Positions 29,679 to 39,758 of a DNA stretch of 64,000 nucleotides are shown one piece after another (positions within the stretch are counted from its first letter, which is position 1; each line of letters begins with the position of its first letter). The stretch lies in IMG/VR virus record IMGVR_UViG_3300044568_002024, positions 4,133 to 68,132 of that record; one strand, written 5' to 3'. The position numbers were made by a program, and so were the translations under genes. Source of the stretch: a virus. Under the pieces are notes generated by a model that was given only the letters and a program-made list of their open reading frames with translations, did not search any database and had not been told where the DNA came from.

Positions 29679-30535
29679 AAATTTTAGTAAAGACTATTGG
29701 TTTTATTGGTGACAATATATTTGCATCTTCGGTTGCAAAGAAATTAAAAAAGAAGCATGGCAAAGATTGTGTAGTGGATTTCAAACTTTCAATTCTTGCT
29801 CCATTTGAATTGATATACAACAATCCGAATATAGACAATGTTTATTTCGGAGAATGTGATGAAAGTAATTATGACATTGTTCATCAACTATATCCAATCA
29901 ATAGAGAGAAAACACCAATAGATCAATTTCAATTACAATGTGGTATTGATAAAGTAGATACAACTTATGAAGTGTTCACTACACCTGCAATAGATTCGTT
30001 GATAAATCAGGCATTTCAGCCTTATAGGAAAAATGGAAATCTTTTAGTTGCTGTTCAAACTAATTGGGAAGAAAAAAGTTTCTTATTCACAGAAGAAGAA
30101 TATGAAAAGGGCATTGATGTGCCTAATTTAGGATATGGTGGAAAACGCCGTGATATAAGTTTTATTGTCAGTCAATTAAATTCAAATGAAAATATAACAT
30201 TAGTTCCAGTTGGAAAACAAAATGGATATAACCAAACAACTGCTGAAGTTAGCACCGTTAGTGAATTATCATTGACAACATCCATAATAAAAGAATGTGA
30301 TTACTTTATAGGTTCAGAAGGAGGTCTTTCAAACATTGCAGCCGGTGTTGGAACAAAGACTATCATTACAGGAGATTTCGTTCATCAACTATATGGATGG
30401 AACGGTGTCATTGAAAAAAATGAAGAACCAAAATTAGGACCAAAATTTTATTTTCCAAAATTTGGTCATGTCACTCTAAATCCGTATATTACAGATGAAG
30501 AAGTTGTTGAAGAACTAAATAAACTTTTGGTATGA
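29675..30535 (+). CDS. GT9 (heptosyltransferase-like) protein
   Basis: FIGDNIF, NNPNID, FIGSEGGLSNIAAGVG. Confidence 0.75.
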   Translation: MKILVKTIGFIGDNIFASSVAKKLKKKHGKDCVVDFKLSILAPFELIYNNPNIDNVYFGECDESNYDIVHQLYPINREKTPIDQFQLQCGIDKVDTTYEVFTTPAIDSLINQAFQPYRKNGNLLVAVQTNWEEKSFLFTEEEYEKGIDVPNLGYGGKRRDISFIVSQLNSNENITLVPVGKQNGYNQTTAEVSTVSELSLTTSIIKECDYFIGSEGGLSNIAAGVGTKTIITGDFVHQLYGWNGVIEKNEEPKLGPKFYFPKFGHVTLNPYITDEEVVEELNKLLV

Positions 30536-31221
30536 GTAAATACAGAGAATATGCACTTAAACTAATACACCAAAGATATTTGGATGCGAGAATATCTTTG
30601 TTTGATGTATTTCCGTATGGAGAATTATTATTGAATTTTTCAAAAGAATGTAATCATATTACTGAAATGATATTGTCTCCGATAAATAACAAACTTTCTT
30701 TTACTTGGACAATGTTATATGGACTGCATCAATCAAAAGAAAAACACAAAACCATTTATGGAAAAGACGTTGATAAAAAAATAGTATCACTTTCAAAAGA
30801 TAAATTTCATAATGAATTGGCATATGTTATGGATTTGGCCATTTATTCTGATATTCAATTTGAAATGTTTAGATTGAAACACAAAATTAAGTTTGAACAA
30901 ACCGATATGTTATTTCTTTATGTTGATAGTCGTTCATCTATTAACGATAATGAATATAAAATCCATAGTGATATTTTAGAAAACTTGAACAAGTATAGCC
31001 AATTTATCAACAAGTATATTTTAATTTACGATATGAATTTTGATAAAAATTTGGATTTCAATTTGACAAGTGTAAAAAATGATATTGGAGCAAAATCAGC
31101 TTCGATTGAATTTTTACAAAACAATCACGATTGGTCATTGTTAAAATCACCAAATACAGAATTTAGATTTACCATATTAAAAAGAGCAGAGGAAAACTTA
31201 TATGCAAAAGATATACTCTAA
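30532..31221 (+). CDS. Degenerate class I methyltransferase-like protein
   Basis: KECNHITEM, TDMLF, KYILIYD, IEFL..N..W; Gly motif absent. Confidence 0.45.
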   Translation: MSKYREYALKLIHQRYLDARISLFDVFPYGELLLNFSKECNHITEMILSPINNKLSFTWTMLYGLHQSKEKHKTIYGKDVDKKIVSLSKDKFHNELAYVMDLAIYSDIQFEMFRLKHKIKFEQTDMLFLYVDSRSSINDNEYKIHSDILENLNKYSQFINKYILIYDMNFDKNLDFNLTSVKNDIGAKSASIEFLQNNHDWSLLKSPNTEFRFTILKRAEENLYAKDIL

Positions 31222-31621
31222 AATTGAACCCGAAAAACTATTACACATAATTGTTCGGAAAGATGATTTCAAACCAGGTAGAGAAGATATTGTTGAAGAA
31301 AATCAATTCATACAATGTTCTATTCTACAAATGGAAAATGGAAAAACATTCAAACCACATAAACATATTTGGAAAGAAAGAACTCGTAATGTAATTGCAC
31401 AGGAAAGTTGGATTGTTGTCCAAGGCAGTGTTAAATGTATTTTTTATGATATTGATGATACACTTATTGCAGAACCAATACTGTATCCTGGTGATGCAAG
31501 TTTTACTCTTGAAGGTGGACATAATTATGAAATACTTGAAGACGATACATTAGTTTACGAATATAAAACTGGACCATATGAAGGGCAGTTAATGGATAAG
31601 ATTTTCTTGGAGATAAAATGA
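31202..31621 (+). CDS. WbuC-like cupin
   Basis: PHKH, QESW, GGHNYE, EYKTGPY. Confidence 0.8.
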   Translation: MQKIYSKIEPEKLLHIIVRKDDFKPGREDIVEENQFIQCSILQMENGKTFKPHKHIWKERTRNVIAQESWIVVQGSVKCIFYDIDDTLIAEPILYPGDASFTLEGGHNYEILEDDTLVYEYKTGPYEGQLMDKIFLEIK

Positions 31622-32562
31622 AATTTTCAAATGTTAAAATAAAGGGATCAAGTTCTTATCTTCCAGACACTATTCTTACGAATGAAACGATAGAATCGAG
31701 AGTTGATACAACAAGTGAATGGATAAAACAAAAACTTGGTATAGATGAACGCCGTATTGTTGATGGGGAATTGCCATCGGACATGGGCTACAAAGTTGCA
31801 GTGAAGGCATTAGAAGATGCTGGTATAGACAAAGAAGATTTAGATTTGATAATAGTTGCAACATCAAGTCCAGAAAAAATATCACCATCAACCGCCTGTA
31901 TAATACATAATAAACTTGAAATAATAAAAGATGTTCCAGCATTTGATGTAAATGCAGTTTGTTCTGGATTCATATATGCATTGACTATTGGTGCAACCTT
32001 TATCAGTAGTGGTGTCTATAAAAATGTTCTTGTTATTGCAACAGAATCATATTCTAAAATAACAGACTGGAACCATAAGCATTCTGTATTCTTCGGTGAT
32101 GGTGCCGGTGCAGTTGTTCTCGGTCAATCTAATAAAGGTTGGATGTATAGTGAACTATTGGCAAATGGTAATGGAACCGGAATGACTGGTTTTAATCTTA
32201 ATCCTGGTGAAACATTTAACATGATAGGAAAAGAAGTTTGGGATCAAGCGATTAAAGTCTTGCCACCATCTATAAAAAGTGTATTGGAAAAAACAGAAAC
32301 AAATGTAAATGATATAAAAATGTTGGTTCCACATCAACCGAGTATAAACATATTGAAAATAGTTGCAGGTGAAATCGGTTTACCTATGGATAGAGTAAAG
32401 ACAGTTATGCACAAATATGCAAATATAGCGGGTGCATCTATACCTATTGCTCTTGATGAGGCAATTAAATCGGATGAAATAGTGGAAGGTGATAAAATAC
32501 TTTTAACTGCAATCGGTTCTGGATGGGCATGGGGTTCTATACTTGTAAATAATGAGGATTGA
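31618..32562 (+). CDS. fabH: Beta-ketoacyl-ACP synthase III (FabH-like)
   Basis: GIDERR, NAVCSGF, FGDGAGA, PHQPS, YANIAGAS (Cys-His-Asn triad). Confidence 0.92.
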   Translation: MKFSNVKIKGSSSYLPDTILTNETIESRVDTTSEWIKQKLGIDERRIVDGELPSDMGYKVAVKALEDAGIDKEDLDLIIVATSSPEKISPSTACIIHNKLEIIKDVPAFDVNAVCSGFIYALTIGATFISSGVYKNVLVIATESYSKITDWNHKHSVFFGDGAGAVVLGQSNKGWMYSELLANGNGTGMTGFNLNPGETFNMIGKEVWDQAIKVLPPSIKSVLEKTETNVNDIKMLVPHQPSINILKIVAGEIGLPMDRVKTVMHKYANIAGASIPIALDEAIKSDEIVEGDKILLTAIGSGWAWGSILVNNED

Positions 32563-32565
32563 TAT

Positions 32566-33099
32566 ATGTTAGATAAATTAAAAAGTTATGGCAATGATGT
32601 TCGTATACATGAATTATCTGTTATTACTAGACCAGAATTGGTTGAAGTTGGAAATCATATCGCAATAGATATGTGGACATATATTTCAACACAGGCAATT
32701 TTAGGAAACTACATACACATTGCACCGAGTGTTTCTATAATAGGTGGTGCATCTGCAAAAATAATAATGGAAGATTTTACAAATATAGGTTCTGGCGGAA
32801 GGATTGTTTGTGCAACAGATGATTTCAGTCAAGGACTAATTTCACCGGTAGTTCCAATACAACATAGAACTGTAATAAATTTGCCTGTTGTTTTTAAGAA
32901 GTTTTCTACTCTCGGTGTTAATTGTAGTGTATTACCGGGTGTAACACTCGGAGAAGGTAGTATCGTTGGTGCAAATTCAGTTGTAACGAAAGATACAGAA
33001 CCATGGATGATATATGCAGGTAGTCCTGCAAGACCAATACGAATGAGAGATAGAGATAGAATTTTGAAAAGTGCAAAAGAATTATTAGGAGAAATTTAA
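32566..33099 (+). CDS. Left-handed beta-helix acyltransferase
   Basis: Hexapeptide repeats, VLPGVTLGEGSIVGANSVVTKD, AGSPAR. Confidence 0.9.
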   Translation: MLDKLKSYGNDVRIHELSVITRPELVEVGNHIAIDMWTYISTQAILGNYIHIAPSVSIIGGASAKIIMEDFTNIGSGGRIVCATDDFSQGLISPVVPIQHRTVINLPVVFKKFSTLGVNCSVLPGVTLGEGSIVGANSVVTKDTEPWMIYAGSPARPIRMRDRDRILKSAKELLGEI

Positions 33100-33998
33100 T
33101 GAATACTAACTATTCAACAGACCGTAATGCTTTAGACATACCTTGGATCGAATCACCATTTTTTTATAGTTTATTAGAAAATTCTAATTTAACAGAAGAA
33201 CAAAAGACCATGTGTATAAACTTTCACGAGAAGGGTTATGTCATAATTGATTTGAATTTGGATGATAGTGAAATAGAACCGATAGTAAATGATATGTATG
33301 ATGCATTGAATGTTGAATCTACTGTATTTCATGCAGACCATTTTACATATTCAGATTCAAAAAGAATTTTTGAACAATGGAAACGGAGCGATTCTATTGC
33401 AAAATTAACACTACATCCAAAAATAACCGAAACATTGACTACGTTATATGGTAAAGAACCGTTTCCATTTTCCACTATAAATTTCATAAAGGGCAGTAAT
33501 CAACCTATGCATAGCGATGTCATTCATTTTCATACCGTTCCGAGTCTTTGGATGTGTGGAGTTTGGGTTGCATTTGAAGATGTGAATGAAACAAATGGTT
33601 CATTGCAAATAATACCGGGTAGTCATAAGTGGTCTGCCTATGAATACCATAATTTGAAGTTACCACATCCTGATACATTGGAGAATGGTGAGGCAGTAAC
33701 ATATAGACAATACGAACACTTTGTCAAATCTTTAATAGAAAATAACAAAGTTGATCCATATATTGTTGAATTAAAAAAGGGACAATCACTTATTTGGGCA
33801 GCAAATATGTTACACGGTGGTTGTAATGTAGAAGGTGTCACAGACCTAAATAATACACGATTGACACAAGCGATTCATTATTTCTTTGGTGATTGTGAAC
33901 AATACTACCATCCTATGTTTAGTGATGTTCCCAATGCAAAATATGCAAAGAAATGGTGTGATGATACTAATAATATAAAAACTTATTTGGATAAATGA
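33099..33998 (+). CDS. PhyH-family Fe(II)/2OG dioxygenase
   Basis: QPMHSD, GVWVAFED, NGSL.IIPGSH, LHGG. Confidence 0.88.
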   Translation: MNTNYSTDRNALDIPWIESPFFYSLLENSNLTEEQKTMCINFHEKGYVIIDLNLDDSEIEPIVNDMYDALNVESTVFHADHFTYSDSKRIFEQWKRSDSIAKLTLHPKITETLTTLYGKEPFPFSTINFIKGSNQPMHSDVIHFHTVPSLWMCGVWVAFEDVNETNGSLQIIPGSHKWSAYEYHNLKLPHPDTLENGEAVTYRQYEHFVKSLIENNKVDPYIVELKKGQSLIWAANMLHGGCNVEGVTDLNNTRLTQAIHYFFGDCEQYYHPMFSDVPNAKYAKKWCDDTNNIKTYLDK

Positions 33999-34600
33999 TT
34001 ATGTTTCAGTTAGTTCAAGAATTTGAAAAAGAGATTGCAAAATTCTTTGGTTCACCATTTGCTATTGCAGTTGATAGTTGCACTCACGGTATTGAACTTG
34101 CATTGCGTTATACTGGTGCTAAAAAGATAAGTGTCCCAAAACGCACATATATTTCAATTCCATTTCTTGCAAATAAACTTAACATAGAGTTGGAATGGAA
34201 AGACGAAGAATGGTTAGATTATTATTATCTGACTAATAATATAATTGATGCTGCAGTTTTGTGGAAAGAAAATAGTTACATTCCAAATACAATGATGGGT
34301 GTTAGTTTTCAATATCAAAAACATTTATCACTTGGTAGGGGTGGCGTTCTTTTATTGGATAATGAAATAGATGCCATTGAGATAAAAAAAATGTCTTATG
34401 ACGGAAGATTGCCGGTTATACCATGGAGAGAACAAAACATATCCACCATTGGTTATCACTACTACATGACACCAGAAACTGCAAAGAACGGTTTGGAAAA
34501 ATTACCAGATGCAATAAAAACTAAACCTAGACAATGGGTTGTTTCGGATTGGCCAGATTTAACAGAAATGAAAGTATTCAAAAATAATATAGGACTATGA
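33995..34600 (+). CDS. Short DegT/DnrJ-family sugar aminotransferase
   Basis: VDSCTHGIELAL, IIDAA, SFQYQKHLSLGRGG; only 201 aa. Confidence 0.8.
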   Translation: MIMFQLVQEFEKEIAKFFGSPFAIAVDSCTHGIELALRYTGAKKISVPKRTYISIPFLANKLNIELEWKDEEWLDYYYLTNNIIDAAVLWKENSYIPNTMMGVSFQYQKHLSLGRGGVLLLDNEIDAIEIKKMSYDGRLPVIPWREQNISTIGYHYYMTPETAKNGLEKLPDAIKTKPRQWVVSDWPDLTEMKVFKNNIGL

Positions 34601-34601
34601 C

Positions 34602-35582
34602 ATGATTAAGAAAAAAGCATTCATAACTGGAATAGGTGGACAAGATGGTTCATATTTGGCAGAATATCTAGTAGGAATTGGGTATGATGTCTATGGAATA
34701 ATAAGAAGAAACTCTACACCAGAACACCAACAAAGTAGACTTGATGGTGGTAACAAAGATATAAAAGTGTTCTATGGCGATTTGTTAGACCAATCCAGTT
34801 TAGAACGATTACTTTCAGAAATAATGCCGGATGAAATATACAATCTTGCGGCACAAAGTCATGTTAGAGTTAGTTTTGATATACCACAATTTACTGTCCA
34901 AACAAATGCAGTTGGTGTTCTAAACATACTTGATGCTTATAGGAGAATCTGTCCTAATGCCAAATTCTATCAGGCATCATCATCTGAAATGTTCGGTAGT
35001 TCTGTTGATGAAGATGGGTTCCAAAGGGAAACAACTCTAATGAAACCAGTTTCACCTTATGGTTGCTCAAAAGTTTTTGCATATAACATTGTTCGTAATT
35101 ACAGAAACTCATATGATCTTCATGCAAGTAATGGTATTCTTTTTAATCACGAATCACCAAGACGAGGATCTAATTTTGTAACAAACAAAGTTGTTAAAAC
35201 TGCAGTTAGGATAAAACTTGGGTTGGATGATTCATTGGAATTGGGCAACCTAGATTCATTTAGAGATTGGGGACACTCGAAAGATTATGTTAGGGCAATG
35301 CATCTTATATTACAACAAGATACTCCAGATGATTGGGTTGTTGCAACTGGCGAAACTCGTTCTGTTAGAGAAATGTGTGAATACGTTTTTTCCAAACTCG
35401 GGTTGGATTACAAAGATTATGTAATTCAAAATCCAAAGTTTTTAAGACCAGAAGAACTGCCTTATCTAAAAGGAGATTCTACTAAAATAAGATCTTTACT
35501 CGGTTGGAAGCCCGAATATACTTTCAATACAACTATGGATGAAATGGTAAATCATTGGATGAATGTTTTTGGAGGAAGATAA
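34602..35582 (+). CDS. gmd: GDP-mannose 4,6-dehydratase
   Basis: ITGIGGQDGSYL, LAAQSHV, SPYGCSK, LFNHESPRRG, RDWGH. Confidence 0.95.
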   Translation: MIKKKAFITGIGGQDGSYLAEYLVGIGYDVYGIIRRNSTPEHQQSRLDGGNKDIKVFYGDLLDQSSLERLLSEIMPDEIYNLAAQSHVRVSFDIPQFTVQTNAVGVLNILDAYRRICPNAKFYQASSSEMFGSSVDEDGFQRETTLMKPVSPYGCSKVFAYNIVRNYRNSYDLHASNGILFNHESPRRGSNFVTNKVVKTAVRIKLGLDDSLELGNLDSFRDWGHSKDYVRAMHLILQQDTPDDWVVATGETRSVREMCEYVFSKLGLDYKDYVIQNPKFLRPEELPYLKGDSTKIRSLLGWKPEYTFNTTMDEMVNHWMNVFGGR

Positions 35583-36448
35583 TGGAAAGATTAAATGCAT
35601 TTATGTGTAATCCTGGAAACTTTGGTGATAAAGAAGTTGCAGAACAATGGCCATGTTTTCCAAGTAAGTATTTACATTGGACCCCTTATGAAATGCAAGA
35701 CATTGCCATTTGGATTGACTGTTGGGATTCACCGTGTATAAAAGAAATAACACGAACAGATATAAAATATAAAATTGCAGTATTGGTAGAACCGAGAGTT
35801 CTTGCGCCTTGGCATTATCAATTTGTATTAGATAATGAAGAAAATTTTGATTTGATATTCAGCACATACATAGACTTTGGTTCTGATTCAAAAAACCCTA
35901 ATAAATTTAGAAAATTTCCAGGTGGTGCTAGAACGCTAATCCATCCAGAAGAATGGAATGTATATCAAAAATCAAAAAATATATCTACAATCATGTCACA
36001 CAAATCTTATATGCCTGGTCATAAATTAAGACATGAGATAAGAGAAAGACATGGTAACTTGTTTGAATCAATTATTGATTATGTTAATCCGGATTTTAAT
36101 TCAAAATTTTTAGGATTAAAGGATTATCGATTTGAACTCGTTATAGAAAATGAAGACGATATGTTTTTTTCTGAAAAGTTATTAGATTCTATGTTATGTG
36201 GTTGCATTCCTATTTATTGGACAGATAGAGACACATCGTATCTTGATATGTTCGATAAGAACGGTATAGTATTTTTCAAAGACGCTGATGATTTTTTTGA
36301 AAAACTTTTAAGTGGAATGTTCACAGAAGAATTTTACAATGAAAGGATGGATGCAATAAAACACAATTTTGAAGAAGCAAAAAAATACATATCACTTGGC
36401 GATATGCTTTGGGATAATGGTATCAAAGATTTAATAGGAACAAAATGA
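35582..36448 (+). CDS. GT10 fucosyltransferase-like protein
   Basis: YRFELVIEN..FFSEKLLD..LCGCIPIYW. Confidence 0.78.
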   Translation: MERLNAFMCNPGNFGDKEVAEQWPCFPSKYLHWTPYEMQDIAIWIDCWDSPCIKEITRTDIKYKIAVLVEPRVLAPWHYQFVLDNEENFDLIFSTYIDFGSDSKNPNKFRKFPGGARTLIHPEEWNVYQKSKNISTIMSHKSYMPGHKLRHEIRERHGNLFESIIDYVNPDFNSKFLGLKDYRFELVIENEDDMFFSEKLLDSMLCGCIPIYWTDRDTSYLDMFDKNGIVFFKDADDFFEKLLSGMFTEEFYNERMDAIKHNFEEAKKYISLGDMLWDNGIKDLIGTK

Positions 36449-37155
36449 ATAACATAAAAGTAATATACAGAATATCAGACGCTGGTTACAATAAAGTTAA
36501 ACCACTTTATATTAACAATGCCAATTGTCTACAAAATGCAGTTAGAGTTTTTGGAAAAGAAAACTTCCATGTGATTGCAGATAATGTATCGGAAGAAACA
36601 AAAAGAATAATTCGGCAATCGGGTGATATAGAAGATGAACAGATTGATTATGTTTCCGTTGGACATGGTGCGGGAACTTTTAATTTGGCATTGGATTTGG
36701 CATTGAAACAAGATGAAGAAACGCTTGTTTATTTCCTTGAAAATGATTATATTCATAAATCAAATTCATATAAGATAATGTTAGAAGGAATTGAATTGGG
36801 TGCAGACTATGTTAGTTTATATGACCATCCCGATAAATACATTCCTGCAAATAGAGGTGGTAATAAATTTGTAGATGAAGACGGTGGTGAGATAACAAAG
36901 ATATACCTATCCGAATCTTGTCATTGGAAATTGGCAAACAGCACTACTATGACTTTTGCAGGTAAGGTAAAGTCTTTGAAAAGAGATGAGGCGATACTTC
37001 GTAAGTGGACAAACATGGGACACTACCCAAGAGATTTTGATATGTTTTTAGAATTAAGAGAGAATGGAGTTTCATTGATGACACCTATTCCTGGTTTTTC
37101 AACTCACGGTGAAACTGCATGGTTGTCACCGCTAACTGATTGGGGACAAATATGA
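36445..37155 (+). CDS. GT-A fold glycosyltransferase-like protein
   Basis: YFLENDYIH, YDHPDKY, STTMTF, PGFSTHGE. Confidence 0.7.
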   Translation: MNNIKVIYRISDAGYNKVKPLYINNANCLQNAVRVFGKENFHVIADNVSEETKRIIRQSGDIEDEQIDYVSVGHGAGTFNLALDLALKQDEETLVYFLENDYIHKSNSYKIMLEGIELGADYVSLYDHPDKYIPANRGGNKFVDEDGGEITKIYLSESCHWKLANSTTMTFAGKVKSLKRDEAILRKWTNMGHYPRDFDMFLELRENGVSLMTPIPGFSTHGETAWLSPLTDWGQI

Positions 37156-37940
37156 TTTCAGTAATAATACCATCTTATAGAAATCCAAAGTGTTTGGATA
37201 TTTGCCTGAAATCTGCATTAGAAAATCAAACATATGATAATGAAATAATAGTTGTAATAGATGGATTCGTTGAAGAATCACAACATATTATTGATGAATA
37301 TAGTAACAGAGTTTCATTTATACCAATAGAACAAAATTCCGGTATGCAATATGCACTAAATGCTGGAACATACAATGCAACGAATGAATGGGTATTGATT
37401 GTAAATGATGATAATGTTTTTCCGAAAGATTGGGACACTATTCTTGAAAAAGACTTTGTGGATAAATTGGTGATAACGCCAAATCAAATTGAAAGAACAC
37501 CAAGTATATTCAATTTTGTTACACTTGATTTCGGTGGTGTTGATGATTTCGATTTAATACGATATACATTAGAGGAACAAAACCACAGAGAAGATTTACT
37601 AACAAATGATGGTGAGATATTCCCTTTCGTAATGCAAAAGAAATACTACATGGCATCCGGTGGGTTTGATACAATATATGATTCACCATTTATTTGTGAT
37701 TGGGATTTCTTCTTGAAGTTAGAATTGATTGGTCTTAATTTTTTAAGAAGTAGAAAATTAAACTTCTATCATTTCGGTAGTATGGCAACAAAGAACGGAT
37801 CAGAATCAAATAGATTCAGAGAAAGTGAAATGATTGCTGCAGAAACATTTGAATATAAATGGGGATTCAAACCATTTAGAACTCTAGGAAATTCACATTC
37901 ACCAAAAGGAAACATTGTTAAAGGAATAATGTATGAATGA
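37152..37940 (+). CDS. GT2 glycosyltransferase
   Basis: ISVIIPSY, VNDDNV, GGFD, CDWDF, YHFGS. Confidence 0.9.
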   Translation: MISVIIPSYRNPKCLDICLKSALENQTYDNEIIVVIDGFVEESQHIIDEYSNRVSFIPIEQNSGMQYALNAGTYNATNEWVLIVNDDNVFPKDWDTILEKDFVDKLVITPNQIERTPSIFNFVTLDFGGVDDFDLIRYTLEEQNHREDLLTNDGEIFPFVMQKKYYMASGGFDTIYDSPFICDWDFFLKLELIGLNFLRSRKLNFYHFGSMATKNGSESNRFRESEMIAAETFEYKWGFKPFRTLGNSHSPKGNIVKGIMYE

Positions 37941-38934
37941 TAAAACTATATTGATTACTGGTGGCGCGGGTTTACTTGGTGCTAGACTTTCGGATTGGAT
38001 TGTAACAAATCAACCAGAATATAAAGTTGTTTCTGTTGATAATTTATCAGGTGGTTACATTGAAAATATAAATCCCAATGTTACTTTTTATGAGGCAGAT
38101 TGTGTTGATAGAAAACAAATTGAGGATATATTCAACAGACACAAACCAACTTATGTATATCACATGGCTGCATACGCAGCTGAAGGATTGTCACCATTCA
38201 TTCGTTGTTTTAATTATGAGAACAATCTTTTGGCTACCGCTAACATTGTTAATAACTGCATCAAACATAGTGTAGACAGATTGGTATTCACATCAACAAT
38301 GGCAGTTTATGGTCATGGTAATCCTCCTTTTGATGAATCACATCAACCTACACCTATAGATCCATATGGTGTTGCAAAGTTTGGGTGTGAACAGGATATA
38401 CAGATTGCAGGTGAACAACATGGTTTGGATTGGTGTATAATCAGACCACACAATGTTTACGGTATAAAACAAAACATTTGGGACAAATATAGAAATGTTC
38501 TTGGTATTTGGATGTATCAAGTTCTTAACAATAAACCAATGACGATATATGGTGACGGTGATCAAGTTCGTTCATTCAGCTATATTGATGATTGTCTTGA
38601 ACCACTTTGGAAGGCAGCAGTAGATTATCGTGCGTCAAAACAGATAATAAATTTAGGTGGAACAAAGGATTGTAGTATAAATGAAGCAAACGATATTCTC
38701 AAATCAGTTATTGGATATGGTGAAACTATACACCTTGAACCAAGACATGAAGTAAAGTATGCACATCCTACTTGGAAAAAATCTGTTGATTTACTTGATT
38801 ATACAGACAAGACATCACTCGAAGATGGATTAAGACAAATGTGGAATTGGGCAAAGGAACAGCCGATGCGTGAACAATTCATTTGGAATGAATATGAATT
38901 GGACAAGGGCATATATTCTTTTTGGAAAAAATAA
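37933..38934 (+). CDS. NAD-dependent NDP-sugar epimerase/dehydratase
   Basis: ITGGAGLLG, TSTMAVYG, PYGVAK, RPHNVYG. Confidence 0.92.
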   Translation: MNDKTILITGGAGLLGARLSDWIVTNQPEYKVVSVDNLSGGYIENINPNVTFYEADCVDRKQIEDIFNRHKPTYVYHMAAYAAEGLSPFIRCFNYENNLLATANIVNNCIKHSVDRLVFTSTMAVYGHGNPPFDESHQPTPIDPYGVAKFGCEQDIQIAGEQHGLDWCIIRPHNVYGIKQNIWDKYRNVLGIWMYQVLNNKPMTIYGDGDQVRSFSYIDDCLEPLWKAAVDYRASKQIINLGGTKDCSINEANDILKSVIGYGETIHLEPRHEVKYAHPTWKKSVDLLDYTDKTSLEDGLRQMWNWAKEQPMREQFIWNEYELDKGIYSFWKK

Positions 38935-38954
38935 TGTTAAATGAAATTAACCAT

Positions 38955-38963
38955 ATATTTATA
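38955..38963 (+). promoter_or_regulatory. Putative late promoter ATATTTATA
   Basis: Intergenic before 39000. Confidence 0.6.
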
Positions 38964-38999
38964 GCTGAAGTTTAACATTTAATTTTTTGGAGTATAGAG

Positions 39000-39356
39000 A
39001 TGCATGAGATAGCAAGCACTCTTGTTGCGATTCAAACACAATTAAGATTCTTTCATTGGCAAACAAAATCATACGCTCGTCACCAGGCATATGGGGGAAC
39101 ATATAGTGCCATGAATGAATTGATCGATGGATTTGTTGAAGTTCTTATGGGAAAGTACGGCAGAGTTCCTGCATTGCCATTCAAACTTTACAATAGAAAT
39201 GAAAAGGATATTATCGCTTTTATTGATGAAACAATTTTATATCTATTAAATTTGGATAATGTTCTAAACACACAAACAGATACAGACTTGTTAAATATCC
39301 GCGATGAAATGGTTGCAGAGTTTAACAAACTTCGTTATTTAATTACATTAAAGTAA
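39000..39356 (+). CDS. Ferritin/Dps-like four-helix protein (DUF5856-like)
   Basis: FHWQTKSYARHQA, IDGFVE, NIRDEM..YLITLK. Confidence 0.7.
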   Translation: MHEIASTLVAIQTQLRFFHWQTKSYARHQAYGGTYSAMNELIDGFVEVLMGKYGRVPALPFKLYNRNEKDIIAFIDETILYLLNLDNVLNTQTDTDLLNIRDEMVAEFNKLRYLITLK

Positions 39357-39378
39357 AACTAATTAAAAGGTGGTTACT

Positions 39379-39567
39379 ATGAGTGAAGAAACAAAACTCA
39401 ATGAAAATCAAGAATCAAAAGGTCTAGGAGACACTATTGCAAAAATGACCCATGCTATTGGGTTAGACAAAGTTGCTGAGAATGTTGCTAAGGCAGTTGG
39501 AAAAGAAGATTGTGGTTGTAATAAAAGACGCCAGAAATTAAATGATATGTTCCCGTATAATAGATGA
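39379..39567 (+). CDS. Small hypothetical phage protein
   Basis: GLGDTIAK..DCGCNKRR. Confidence 0.7.
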   Translation: MSEETKLNENQESKGLGDTIAKMTHAIGLDKVAENVAKAVGKEDCGCNKRRQKLNDMFPYNR

Positions 39568-39758
39568 TACCGAAAGATATACATAAGATTGCAGATAAGA
39601 TTGCGGTGAAATGGGATGGGGATAAAAACTTCATGTCATGGTGTCAAGATACCGTTGGTAAAAGACATCTTGATGATATGACAGAGGTAGAATTGATCAT
39701 GATATACAATAGATTAAAAAATGGTAAATACCCACTGTCATTGAATAAAGATGCCTAA
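39564..39758 (+). CDS. Hypothetical protein
   Basis: Translationally coupled ORF. Confidence 0.6.
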   Translation: MIPKDIHKIADKIAVKWDGDKNFMSWCQDTVGKRHLDDMTEVELIMIYNRLKNGKYPLSLNKDA

